From IMG/VR virus record IMGVR_UViG_3300027711_000015, positions 1-29,102 of that record: 29,102 nucleotides of DNA. One strand, given 5' to 3'. Positions within the stretch are counted from its first letter, which is position 1. Each line of letters opens with the position of its first letter. This DNA is from a virus. Taxonomy: Duplodnaviria > Caudoviricetes. The notes below the pieces were generated by a model. The model was not told where the DNA came from. It saw nothing but the letters and a program-made list of their open reading frames with translations, and did not search any database. Below, one piece after another: positions 17,523 through 26,065 of this stretch. Position numbers and translations under genes: made by a program.

Positions 17523-17968
17523 GCTATGCTCTCCCCAACAAACCGCCCCAACTCCGGCGCACTATACCCCGGCCCCTTTTTGATCTTGCCGTTCTCGTCG
17601 AATACCGGCTTGCCGTCCACGAACTTGCTCCAGTTGGATCGGTTGACCTCGGCAAGCGCGCCCTGAATGTCCATGCCTTCCATGTGTGCGCAACCGACTG
17701 CGGTGACGATCTGGTCGCAGAGGGCGTCGAGGTATTCTGTAGCGCTGGCCGTTGCGACACTGTAGATGCCGCACTTGAGGCCGTCAGCCAGGAAGGTCAG
17801 GGCGTCGATAGCGGAATCTCGGTCTTTCCTGAAGTATGGGCATCCGGTCATCGCTTGCAGCATCTCTGCGACCTCTTCCAGATGGCATCCGGCCTGGATG
17901 GCCGTGTTCTGGCCTGTCGGCTCCGGCACTGCGGCCTCGAACCACTGTTTTGTGTTTTGGATGGTCAT
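17519..17968 (-). CDS. MazG-like / PRA-PH-type NTP pyrophosphohydrolase
   Basis: LEEVAE, EYLDALCD acidic motifs and EVNRSNWSK...DENGKIKKGPGY. Confidence 0.85.
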   Translation of the reverse strand: MTIQNTKQWFEAAVPEPTGQNTAIQAGCHLEEVAEMLQAMTGCPYFRKDRDSAIDALTFLADGLKCGIYSVATASATEYLDALCDQIVTAVGCAHMEGMDIQGALAEVNRSNWSKFVDGKPVFDENGKIKKGPGYSAPELGRFVGESIA

Positions 17969-18138
17969 TTATTGCTACTCCTGTCCTGTCGGTTAGATCC
18001 AATCAACGGCCTCTGCCCCTCATCCAGCAGCCACTCAAACATCCTGCCGCAACCGACACACTGGCGGCGATTCATGCTGCGCAGGGCCACCAGCGGGCTG
18101 CCGCAGCGTGGGCAGGGTTTGCCGCGTGGTTCATCCAT
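17965..18138 (-). CDS. 57-aa zinc-ribbon protein (not in ORF track)
   Basis: MDEPRGKPCPRCGSPLVALRSMNRRQCVGCGRMFEW...; fills the gap and overlaps both neighbours. Confidence 0.7.
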   Translation of the reverse strand: MDEPRGKPCPRCGSPLVALRSMNRRQCVGCGRMFEWLLDEGQRPLIGSNRQDRSSNK

Positions 18139-18352
18139 GACACTGCTCGATCATCATGTCGATCGCCTCGCGCAGCTTGGGCCACTCGTCAGGGTTAACC
18201 CGCAGATCGCCACTGCGAGGCTCGGAATCCATAGCGCGGATAACGACGAACTCGCCAGCGCCTTCATCATCGATCCTGATCGAGTAGGCGCTCTCATCGA
18301 AAAGCGGCTCCCCTTCCGGAACTACGTGTATTCCTGTTGTTCTGATTTTCAT
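18131..18352 (-). CDS. Conserved phage hypothetical protein
   Basis: IDDEGAGEFV...INPDEW-like motif (VNPDEWPKLREAI). Confidence 0.75.
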   Translation of the reverse strand: MKIRTTGIHVVPEGEPLFDESAYSIRIDDEGAGEFVVIRAMDSEPRSGDLRVNPDEWPKLREAIDMMIEQCHG

Positions 18353-18678
18353 TTCCCCAGCCTCCGCATCCGCGCCTCAATCCGCGCTTTCTGCCGAGCC
18401 AGGCGCTTCATGGCCATGGCCTGCCGGATCTCGCTGGAAGTCGGCGGAATGTTCGCACTGGCCAGGATCTTGGCCTGCTCGACGGTTGAGCGGCTACGAT
18501 CCAAGGTCTGCTCCAGCGCCTGCCGAGTAATGCCAGCCGCTTCGGCTGCTTCCAGTACGCCCATGCCATCCATCAGCACCATGCGCAGCGCCTGCGTGGA
18601 TGCGGACGCTTGGCGGATAGGCGAGTCCAAGCTCCGCAGTTTGCACAGCGCCTGCCAGTGCTCTTCTTTCCACTTCAT
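18349..18678 (-). CDS. HTH protein (TrfB/KorA-like pattern)
   Basis: ALRMVLMDGMGVLEAAEAAGITRQAL; GGAGG RBS before ATG 18678. Confidence 0.65.
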   Translation of the reverse strand: MKWKEEHWQALCKLRSLDSPIRQASASTQALRMVLMDGMGVLEAAEAAGITRQALEQTLDRSRSTVEQAKILASANIPPTSSEIRQAMAMKRLARQKARIEARMRRLGK

Positions 18679-18881
18679 ACGCTTGCACCTCCCATAACGC
18701 GGCGCATGGTCTTGATATTGTCCCGCAGCACTCCGATAGACCATTCTGCCCGCTTCGTGTCCAGCAGCGCCAGGGACTGGATTGATTCGCGGGCAGACTG
18801 GATAGCCTGCCGTAGCTCCGAGTCGCTGAACTCGAAGTAGGGCACGGGTTGGCCTTTGTAGGCGCGAATATTTATTGACAC
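18675..18881 (-). CDS. Hypothetical protein
   Basis: 68 aa in a tightly packed operon; GGAG RBS. Confidence 0.55.
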   Translation of the reverse strand: MSINIRAYKGQPVPYFEFSDSELRQAIQSARESIQSLALLDTKRAEWSIGVLRDNIKTMRRVMGGASV

Positions 18882-19057
18882 TGCATCTCTCCCTTATATG
18901 CAGGCCAGCCGTGCTTGCCGTTGCTTTCGGTGTACAGCGCGGTCATCTCGCAGTACAGGTTGTGGCTGTTGTCGGCACTGGCGCGGTCTAGGGCGCTGAC
19001 CACTGCGACAGCCAGAAGCAGGGCCATTCCGATCAGTACGGCGGTGGTGTTGCTCAT
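18872..19057 (-). CDS. Small membrane-anchored or exported protein
   Basis: MSNTTAVLIGMALLLAVAVVSALD hydrophobic N-terminus; YCEM...GWPAYKG. Confidence 0.7.
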   Translation of the reverse strand: MSNTTAVLIGMALLLAVAVVSALDRASADNSHNLYCEMTALYTESNGKHGWPAYKGEMQCQ

Positions 19058-19260
19058 GGCTCGCTTGCCTCCGCTATCATCCGGCGCTTCAGCTCTGCCG
19101 ACAGCCATTGATGCGCTTCTTCGTCAAACATGCTGGCCAGCTCGTTGCTGCCGAACTGCGCAAGGCCGGTCGCGGAGTGGATCACAGCGAACAGCTCGCC
19201 GTCATCCTCGTATGGCTCGACTTCGTAGGTTACGCCGAGGCGCTCGATGGTGTAGGTCAT
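19054..19260 (-). CDS. Hypothetical acidic protein
   Basis: 68 aa, ATGA-coupled at both ends. Confidence 0.7.
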   Translation of the reverse strand: MTYTIERLGVTYEVEPYEDDGELFAVIHSATGLAQFGSNELASMFDEEAHQWLSAELKRRMIAEASEP

Positions 19261-19673
19261 TGTTCCGACTCCATTGCGCCTGTCAGGATGTGTACGCTTT
19301 CCGAGTAATAACCGTTAGATTCCCCGAGCCAGCGCATCCAGATCCCGCCTTTGGTGGTCTCGATTTTGTAGAAGGTGTATGTGCGCGTTCCGTAGTCGTC
19401 ATCCATTGTTTCGCCGACCACTTCTTCTGCGGACAGCACGACAGCGCCCGAGAAGTCGTCGGCATCCAGCTCGATGTCGATCATGCGCACATGCTCGCAG
19501 CAGTCTTGGTCATGGTAAAGCTTGAGCGCCTTTCCTGATTCTGTGACGAAAATCACCTCGTCATTATCAAGGTCGTCGCGCACTTCAAGGCCGGACACTG
19601 ACTTGATGGTTTCTCCTACAAGGCTGGAAAGCTCGTGCTTGTCTTTCCACCTGCTGCCCCATTTGATATTCAT
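19257..19673 (-). CDS. Conserved phage hypothetical protein
   Basis: YHDQDCCEHV, TYTFYKIETTKG, RWLGESNGYYSESV motifs; AGGAG RBS. Confidence 0.85.
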   Translation of the reverse strand: MNIKWGSRWKDKHELSSLVGETIKSVSGLEVRDDLDNDEVIFVTESGKALKLYHDQDCCEHVRMIDIELDADDFSGAVVLSAEEVVGETMDDDYGTRTYTFYKIETTKGGIWMRWLGESNGYYSESVHILTGAMESEQ

Positions 19674-19689
19674 TGGTTAATCTCCTGTA

Positions 19690-19825
19690 GTTATAGGTGC
19701 CGGTCTCTCCCGGCAGTCACACGCTCTTAGCTGGTGTCGCTTTGAGATCCCCGGCGTACCTGCGGCAGAGGCCGGGGACATATTGCCCGACCCATCCGCG
19801 ACCAGACTTTTGGGTCTTGGCTTGC
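19690..19825 (-). ncRNA. Candidate structured 5' leader RNA
   Basis: About 150-nt untranslated region with tandem stems GACCCA/TGGGTC, TCCCCGGC/GCCGGGGA, TGCCGG/CCGGCA. Confidence 0.45.
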
Positions 19826-19830
19826 AATGG

Positions 19831-19869
19831 ATTATAGTCACTGCTTTGCAGTGGGCGCAAGTATTTTAT
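19831..19869 (-). promoter_or_regulatory. Sigma70-like promoter with palindromic spacer
   Basis: Minus strand AAAATAC-TTGCGC-N18-TATAAT; spacer holds CACTGC-N3-GCAGTG. Confidence 0.72.
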
Positions 19870-19888
19870 ATTTAATCAGGCAGCCCCA

Positions 19889-21280
19889 TCAGTCTTCGCT
19901 GCCCATCATCCACTCCGGCAACTCCATATCCATTTCGGCAGCATAGTCAGTCTTCTCAATGGCCGCTCCAAAAACCTCGCGCCGCATGAAATCAACCATC
20001 TGATCCATCATCGCCGCCGACAGCTCCTGATGCTGCTGATCCTTCCGCCGAATGTTATCGACCACTGCGCCCTCGGTGTCGGCGCTGACGATGTGGCAAT
20101 TCACTGTCCTGGTCTGCCCGAAACGCCACTGCCTGCGGATAGCCTGATAGTACGATTCCCAGCTATCGGACAGTCCAACAAACACGCAATGCCTGCTGGT
20201 CTGAAAGTTCATCCCGAAGCCAGCAATACGCGGCTTGCTGACAAGCGCTTTAATCTCGCCATCTGCAAAGCCTATCAGAGCGCTTGCCTTGTGTTCTGGT
20301 GTGTCGCTGCCGGTCACTTCGACCGCGCCATGTATCAGCTTTGCCAGCAACTCAGACTCTGCGTTCAGGTTGCACCACACAGCGCAAGGCTCATCCAGCG
20401 CATTGACAATATCAGCCGCCAGTCTGCACCGCTCCTCAACCGTGCTGCGCCTGGCCTCGTTACGCTCTTGAAGGCTCTGCGCCGGGCGCGCAACAAGTTC
20501 ACCGGGCGGCGGCGGCGTATCAATAACGTGCTCGTGCAGCTCCAAAGGCGGCAAGTCATATCCTGACGCATCGAACCCAATATCTGCCGGACTACGCAGG
20601 AAAACGCACCATGTCGCCAGCCATTCCCAGAACTTCGCCTTGCCGTGTCCTTTTAGTCGCCACGACCCTGTGCCGCCTGCCGTGTCGTGGATGAAGAACA
20701 TGGCAAGCATCTCAACCTGGCTCATGATCCCCAAGAACTCCGATTGCGCCCCAAGCTCCATGAAGTCGTTGGGGCTCGGCGTTGCAGTGCAGCTCAGTCG
20801 GTACGGTGTCTGCGAGAAGAACTCCGTTATCTGTGCTCGAACACGTCCCTGCATTCCCTTCAGGATGCTGGACTCGTCCAGGACCACGCCGGCGAACTGC
20901 TCAGGCGTGAAACGATGCAGCTTCTCGTAGTTGGTGACGTATACGCCGGGATCTTTTATGTCGTCGTCGCTTTCGGCAATCGTCGCGCTAAGTCCGAACT
21001 TGCCTGCCTCGCGCACGGTCTGATGCGCCACCGCCAGCGGAGCAAGAACTATCACGAATCCGCCGGTGTGGCGAACAACCTGATCTGCCCACGTCAACTG
21101 CGTTATGGTTTTCCCCAGCCCGGTATCCATGAACACCCCGGCTCTGCCGCGCCTGCATGCCCACTTAACCGCCGCCCGCTGATGGTCGAACATGGCGTCA
21201 GGAAACTGCGATTCCTCTGCCTCAAAACCACTAACAACAGGTGTTATCTCGCGTTGCCGTATGTACTCTGCGTATTCCAT
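19889..21280 (-). CDS. SNF2-like SF2 helicase/ATPase
   Basis: DTGLGKT (Walker A), VVLDESSILK (Walker B), TATP, GFGMNFQ, QAIRRQWRFGQ. Confidence 0.92.
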   Translation of the reverse strand: MEYAEYIRQREITPVVSGFEAEESQFPDAMFDHQRAAVKWACRRGRAGVFMDTGLGKTITQLTWADQVVRHTGGFVIVLAPLAVAHQTVREAGKFGLSATIAESDDDIKDPGVYVTNYEKLHRFTPEQFAGVVLDESSILKGMQGRVRAQITEFFSQTPYRLSCTATPSPNDFMELGAQSEFLGIMSQVEMLAMFFIHDTAGGTGSWRLKGHGKAKFWEWLATWCVFLRSPADIGFDASGYDLPPLELHEHVIDTPPPPGELVARPAQSLQERNEARRSTVEERCRLAADIVNALDEPCAVWCNLNAESELLAKLIHGAVEVTGSDTPEHKASALIGFADGEIKALVSKPRIAGFGMNFQTSRHCVFVGLSDSWESYYQAIRRQWRFGQTRTVNCHIVSADTEGAVVDNIRRKDQQHQELSAAMMDQMVDFMRREVFGAAIEKTDYAAEMDMELPEWMMGSED

Positions 21281-22248
21281 TACAGACCCCCGAACATATC
21301 GTATTGGCTCTTGCCTGCCTGCTCCATGTTGCGCACGGCCAGATTGAAATAGGACTCCTTCAGCTCAGCCCCGACGAAGCGGCGCCCCATCTTCACGGAT
21401 ACATAGCCCTCGCTGCCGATGCCCATAAACGGCGACCAAATCAGATCATCAGGCATGCTCCACAGCTGCAATGCGCGCTCTATCACGTCCAGCTGGAGCG
21501 GGCAGATGTGACGCTCGTCGTCGCTGTCACGCCCCTCGCGGAAATTCAGCGTGTCGGTCTGGTTGATATCGCTCCAAACCGGGCTGGCGTAGCGCTGCCA
21601 GATATCAATGACGCTGGCGCTTTCATTCGCCGGGGCCCATGCGCATCGCCCATCATCGTACTCAACCGGCTTGAATACAGGCGGAACATCATCGCCAACA
21701 TAGTGCGTGAGCGCTCCGCTGATAGGTGTATCGTTTTCGCCAGGCTTGCGCATGATCACCAGATAGTCTGGGATTCCCTGCCTGCTCATGCTGCTATCTT
21801 TGCATAGCGTCTTGTGCAGCAGTCCGAGCGCCTTGGTGCGCTGCATGGCGACTACCGGGTCTTTCCAGATACACACTTCGGAATGGAAAATAAATCCAGC
21901 ATCCTGGTATGCCCGGATAATCTCGCCACGGAAGTCACGAATGCCGATGTATCCGTGGTTCTGTTTGCTTGTTGGCAGGTTCATGCAGTGAATGGCTACC
22001 AGTCGGCCCGGCTTCATCACTCGCATCTGCTCGCGGATCAGGTAATGGTATTGGCTCCAGAAGTCCTCGGTGCTGCGAGCGTTGCCCATATCTCTGTCGC
22101 TGTTTGAGTAGGTAAACAGCGTTTCAAACGGCGGGCTGAACACTGAAAAGCCCACGCTATCGCTCGGCAAGCCTGCCGCGACTTCCACAGTATCCGCGTG
22201 ATACAGCGCATAACGATCAGTGATTACCTGGTTGATTACCTTGGTCAT
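21280..22248 (-). CDS. DNA methyltransferase, N4-C/N6-A family (beta arrangement)
   Basis: Motif IV SPPF near the N-terminus and motif I SPFMGIGS near the C-terminus, HICP; GGAG RBS before ATG 22248. Confidence 0.92.
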   Translation of the reverse strand: MTKVINQVITDRYALYHADTVEVAAGLPSDSVGFSVFSPPFETLFTYSNSDRDMGNARSTEDFWSQYHYLIREQMRVMKPGRLVAIHCMNLPTSKQNHGYIGIRDFRGEIIRAYQDAGFIFHSEVCIWKDPVVAMQRTKALGLLHKTLCKDSSMSRQGIPDYLVIMRKPGENDTPISGALTHYVGDDVPPVFKPVEYDDGRCAWAPANESASVIDIWQRYASPVWSDINQTDTLNFREGRDSDDERHICPLQLDVIERALQLWSMPDDLIWSPFMGIGSEGYVSVKMGRRFVGAELKESYFNLAVRNMEQAGKSQYDMFGGL

Positions 22249-22274
22249 TGGTTTCTCCGTTGTGTTTTGATTGT

Positions 22275-22505
22275 TCACCTAACATGCCTCCAAGTCCGAT
22301 AGCTCCGAACGCCATCAATCGTGCGCCTGTGGACGCCAATCTTCTCTGCCCATTGGCTGGCAGTCAGGCCGTCCTTGTTCTTGCGGATTCGCCTGACGAC
22401 ATCGTCAGTCAGCTTAGACTGCGGCAGTTCGCGGCCACGAGCGGCGTATTCGTGTGCTCTGACTTGGTACCCCGCACGGCATAGGCCGTGTTTGCTGCCA
22501 CGCAT
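22275..22505 (-). CDS. Small HTH protein (resembles the DNA-binding tail of HNH endonucleases)
   Basis: RGRELPQSKLTDDVVRRIR...ASQWAEKIGVHRRTIDGV...TWRHV. Confidence 0.7.
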   Translation of the reverse strand: MRGSKHGLCRAGYQVRAHEYAARGRELPQSKLTDDVVRRIRKNKDGLTASQWAEKIGVHRRTIDGVRSYRTWRHVR

Positions 22506-22903
22506 TAGTCGCCTCCCGCAGTGTGGCCGCGCAGATAATCCAGATTGTTGTCTGTCTCGCGCTTAACCCGCTCCACATCCTTCTGCGTGACCGCTACGCA
22601 CATGCTCCAGAGCCTGGCCTCGGATTCGCGCAGGCGGCGGATGAGGCTGTGCACGTTCTCCGGACAGGCAGTGGCAATATAGGATGCATCCCAGTCATTC
22701 GGCCAGTGCGAAAGGTTGCCAGTTTCTGCATGTCGCACCGACTCTCCCATCCTGCTGTCCGTAATAAAAACCGTCGCTCCTGATTCGGGCACGGTCACTG
22801 CATGTCCGTGGCTGTCAATCCACCATTGTCCTTGAGTGGCCTTTTTGCAAAGACTCTCAATTTCTTTTAGAACGTCGTCTGTAATGGATGGGATTGGTGT
22901 CAT
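22505..22903 (-). CDS. Ead/Ea22-like protein
   Basis: KKATQGQW...DASYIATACPENVHSLI pattern; start 22903 by ATGA overlap. Confidence 0.7.
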   Translation of the reverse strand: MTPIPSITDDVLKEIESLCKKATQGQWWIDSHGHAVTVPESGATVFITDSRMGESVRHAETGNLSHWPNDWDASYIATACPENVHSLIRRLRESEARLWSMCVAVTQKDVERVKRETDNNLDYLRGHTAGGD

Positions 22904-23190
22904 GGCGCGTCCTCCCCGAGGGCTTCTTTGATCGCCTCGCGCATAACCGGAACCCACGGCAGGTCATCAGGTGCAGAGCCGCCGAAGTATGCGTCGTAAT
23001 GCTCGATCGCCATAATGGCTGCATCAAGAAGTTTTGGAGCGGCGGCGATTAGGCGGGCATCGCCCATTACGCCAGGAATCCTCTTATCGGACTCATGGAA
23101 GACTGCCTCCCCATTCAGTCCAACAACCGACACGCTTAACGATGACTCTCTTACTACCCACGGGCCCGGCGTTCCCTTGAATTTGCTCAT
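22900..23190 (-). CDS. Conserved phage hypothetical protein
   Basis: FKGTPGPW...DARLIAAAPKLL motif. Confidence 0.8.
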   Translation of the reverse strand: MSKFKGTPGPWVVRESSLSVSVVGLNGEAVFHESDKRIPGVMGDARLIAAAPKLLDAAIMAIEHYDAYFGGSAPDDLPWVPVMREAIKEALGEDAP

Positions 23191-23423
23191 ACCCTCACCT
23201 CCACTCTATTAACCAAATGCGCCCATACCTGACGCTCCTCCTTCCATCGCAGCAGCCACATTGCCGCCACTGCCGCCCCACGTCGCGCCAGAGCTTCCCG
23301 TGCGCGTTGCAAGTACTCGCGTTGCAGCTTGAGGCTGCGGGCGGCTCTGGCGGCTTTCTGGATAGGCTTCATCGCCGCCACGGCTGCGGTCAGTGCTGGC
23401 ACCTCTGAGTAGACTGTTTTCAT
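23187..23423 (-). CDS. Hypothetical basic protein
   Basis: MKTVYSEVPAL...; ATGA coupling at both ends. Confidence 0.6.
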   Translation of the reverse strand: MKTVYSEVPALTAAVAAMKPIQKAARAARSLKLQREYLQRAREALARRGAAVAAMWLLRWKEERQVWAHLVNRVEVRV

Positions 23424-23584
23424 TCCCAGCCCTCCGCCATCCCGTCCAACGCTTCCTGCTCGATCTGCGCCGGCCCCATCAGGTCGTGACAATCGCCGCA
23501 GAGCGGATGATCTTTCATGCTCGGGGTTTCGGGAAATCCGTTTCTAGCGCATTCGGGGCAATGCCCGGTGGTGGTGTGGTTCAT
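23420..23584 (-). CDS. Small zinc-finger protein
   Basis: CPEC...CGDC; GGGAGG RBS before ATG 23584; first gene after promoter. Confidence 0.65.
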   Translation of the reverse strand: MNHTTTGHCPECARNGFPETPSMKDHPLCGDCHDLMGPAQIEQEALDGMAEGWE

Positions 23585-23628
23585 TGGTTCCTCCCAGCCT
23601 TTCCGGCCTTCTGTGTTGTCGTGCAAGC

Positions 23629-23666
23629 ATTATTGTTTATGCGCGATTATCTTGCAAGTATTTTTT
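23629..23666 (-). promoter_or_regulatory. Sigma70-like early promoter
   Basis: Minus strand AAAAAATAC-TTGCAA-N17-AATAAT. Confidence 0.7.
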
Positions 23667-23856
23667 CAACAAATATTCGAAGGCGAGTGTTTGCCGCAAA
23701 CCTTGCTGCGTTTTCCTTCCTATGCGGCGCTGGCTCCGCCCCATGTGCCTCTTGGTATGCGGCGCTGTAGCCATCCATGGCCTGTTGCCGATAGCGCTGC
23801 GGAAGGTTGTTCAGCTGCTCGCGTATCCATCGCGCATCTTCCGGGCTGTGCATCAT
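23647..23856 (-). CDS. Conserved phage hypothetical protein
   Basis: MMHSPEDARWIREQL...KENAARFAANTRLR; ATGA overlap with VRR-NUC gene. Confidence 0.75.
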   Translation of the reverse strand: MMHSPEDARWIREQLNNLPQRYRQQAMDGYSAAYQEAHGAEPAPHRKENAARFAANTRLRIFVEKILAR

Positions 23857-24266
23857 TGCAGCTTCAACCACTCCTGAAACGCCATCCATGCGCCTTCCCA
23901 TCCTAGGGCTACGCCAACAAAGCATCCGGCGTCCTTTGCCGCCTCAAGATAAGCCAGCTGTCCAGGCTGCCAAGATGACTGGGTGTGGTCTTGGCGCTTC
24001 ATTTCAACCACAAATGCTGGCGAGCCAGGGATGATGATGTCCGATGCCCCTGGCGACAGCCCCATGGCCTTATCTCTGGCCAGTTGCTGGAATTGACCGC
24101 CTCGGCGCTTGCCTTCATTCTTCGGATGGATGGCCAAGCGCCCCCAAGTATCAGGGTGCTCCTTGCGCAGCCTGTTGAAGAAGGTCACCTGCTCCGCGCC
24201 TTCTTGCGGGCACGAGCCACGGTAGCTGCGGTCGCCGTAGCATGGCAGCCAGTCTGGAATCTTCAT
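23853..24266 (-). CDS. VRR-NUC (PD-(D/E)xK) nuclease
   Basis: EGAEQ, HPKNEG, GASDIII, FVVEMKR, Q-x-x-YL motifs. Confidence 0.88.
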   Translation of the reverse strand: MKIPDWLPCYGDRSYRGSCPQEGAEQVTFFNRLRKEHPDTWGRLAIHPKNEGKRRGGQFQQLARDKAMGLSPGASDIIIPGSPAFVVEMKRQDHTQSSWQPGQLAYLEAAKDAGCFVGVALGWEGAWMAFQEWLKLQ

Positions 24267-26065
24267 GCTCTGAGCTTCTCCTGTAACATCTCGTCGTCAG
24301 TAGGACGGTTAAATCCCAGCACCTCCCAAAAGTCGCCCTTTTTTCGGTACTGGACAGTCCTGGGCGTGGTGGTGAAATTGTCAGTCGCCAGCGCAAAAGC
24401 ATGCTTCCTGCTCGCTGACCAAGTGCTGTTTTCCAGCAGGTAGTACGGGAATTTGCGGCGCGGCGTGGTAACTGTAACTGTGATCATGTCGTTACCGGAT
24501 CGGCTGATGCCGTGGCTGTATTCGAGCGAAAGCAGCTCGTCACACTGGATCATAGTCGGGTCTTTCTTGTGCTTGGTGTGCATCTCAATCAGTTTGGAAT
24601 TAGGGTCAATGATTTCTGCACGGCATCCACTACAAAACCTTGCAGCAATATCATTAGCATGCTCGCACACCGGGCAAACCTTGCAGCTCCAGTAGTAATC
24701 GCACCTATCGCCAGTTCTCAGGTTGACGTGCTGGCAGCGTCGCCCGTAGTGGGCAGGCATTGGCACCATTTCGCCATCGTGCTTCTGAGTCATGATGCGC
24801 TCGCCGGTCAGATCGGTGAAGTATCCGTATTGGTCGATCTTGAAGCCTTCCTCGTTCTTGCGGGCGCTGAACACGTTTACCCTGTTGCAGGACTCGCATA
24901 CGGCTTCTATGGGTTCGCCTTGCTCGCCCTTGTATGATGCCTTGATGCTTGGGTTGAAAATATCTCCATCTTCAGCATGGCGCTCAAAGTTTTTTGCGTA
25001 ATCAAGAAGTAGGACGTCTTCCTTTCCGTCGAACAGGCGAAGGCCTCGGCCAATAATCTGAGCTAGCAGGCGCGCCGACTCGGTAGCCCGCATAAGAACA
25101 ATTCCGTCAACGCGCGGGCAGTCCCATCCGACGGTCAAAATGTTCACGTTGATAAGGACGCGCAATTCACCTTTTCCGAACTTATCAAGGATTTTGTCTC
25201 GGTCTTTTGTTTTTCCATGAACAACAGCGGCAACGCCTGGATGAAGGCTGGCGTAAATCTCTTCGGCGTGCTTGATGGTCGCTGCAAAAAACACGATAGA
25301 CTTACGTCCTGCCATCCGGTCCATGGCGTCTGCAACAATCGCTGCGGTCTTCCGTCCGTGCCCAACAAATACCCGATCAACGTCGCCAGGGGCGAACTTG
25401 CCAGCCCTGTTTGGCGTTAACGATAGAGCATCGTAGCTGTCGCGGCCTGTGTCTCCCACTACTGCCGGTGTAAGGTATCCGGCGTCCAGTAACTGGCGCG
25501 TGCTGACTGTGTAAAGTTTTTTTGCGTAGTACGGGTCTCTGGCAAGGCTCTCAGGAAGCGCCCTGCCATCCTCGTCTTCGCGGTAAACAAATCCGCCATT
25601 TGTGGTAAAAGGCGTTCCGGTTGTCCCGATTACGCGAAGGTTTGGACTGCCGCCTTTCATCTCTTCGATGATCTCGCGTATCACCGGCGTAGTGCCTTCG
25701 CACTCATCAATGATGACAGCAGCAAACTCGCTACCAAGCCGCTTAGCTACCTTCTTGAAGGTCATCGGTGTTGCGAACACGACGGGATGCCGAAGACTCT
25801 TTTGGCCAGCGCTAGCGCTGTATATGCTCGCATCAAGACCAAGTCCTTTGTATTTCGAGTGGTTTTGCACGACCAGCTCACTGCGAGGCGCAAGGCAGAG
25901 TATGCGCTTACCGCTCATGCCATGGATGATTCGGGCGACCTCGGCAATATAGATCGACTTACCCGCGCCCACGGACATTTCTACGAGGCATGGCAGAGTT
26001 GATTTTTTGACCCAGGCGATGGTCTTGTCTACGGCTTCTTGTTGGTAGGGGCGGAGGGTTATCAT
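24263..26065 (-). CDS. SF2 DNA helicase with C-terminal zinc fingers (RadD/YejH-like)
   Basis: LRPYQQEAV, GAGKS, IIDECE, LTVGWDCP, QIIGRGLR; CESC, CPVC, CSGC. Confidence 0.93.
   Translation of the reverse strand: MITLRPYQQEAVDKTIAWVKKSTLPCLVEMSVGAGKSIYIAEVARIIHGMSGKRILCLAPRSELVVQNHSKYKGLGLDASIYSASAGQKSLRHPVVFATPMTFKKVAKRLGSEFAAVIIDECEGTTPVIREIIEEMKGGSPNLRVIGTTGTPFTTNGGFVYREDEDGRALPESLARDPYYAKKLYTVSTRQLLDAGYLTPAVVGDTGRDSYDALSLTPNRAGKFAPGDVDRVFVGHGRKTAAIVADAMDRMAGRKSIVFFAATIKHAEEIYASLHPGVAAVVHGKTKDRDKILDKFGKGELRVLINVNILTVGWDCPRVDGIVLMRATESARLLAQIIGRGLRLFDGKEDVLLLDYAKNFERHAEDGDIFNPSIKASYKGEQGEPIEAVCESCNRVNVFSARKNEEGFKIDQYGYFTDLTGERIMTQKHDGEMVPMPAHYGRRCQHVNLRTGDRCDYYWSCKVCPVCEHANDIAARFCSGCRAEIIDPNSKLIEMHTKHKKDPTMIQCDELLSLEYSHGISRSGNDMITVTVTTPRRKFPYYLLENSTWSASRKHAFALATDNFTTTPRTVQYRKKGDFWEVLGFNRPTDDEMLQEKLRA

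Noticed and set aside
17510-18697. 395-aa plus-strand ORF
   Set aside because: Opposite a chain of coupled minus-strand genes with clear motifs; no protein-like signature
19690-19825. Possible tRNA
   Set aside because: No T-loop GTTCRA or cloverleaf spacing found on either strand
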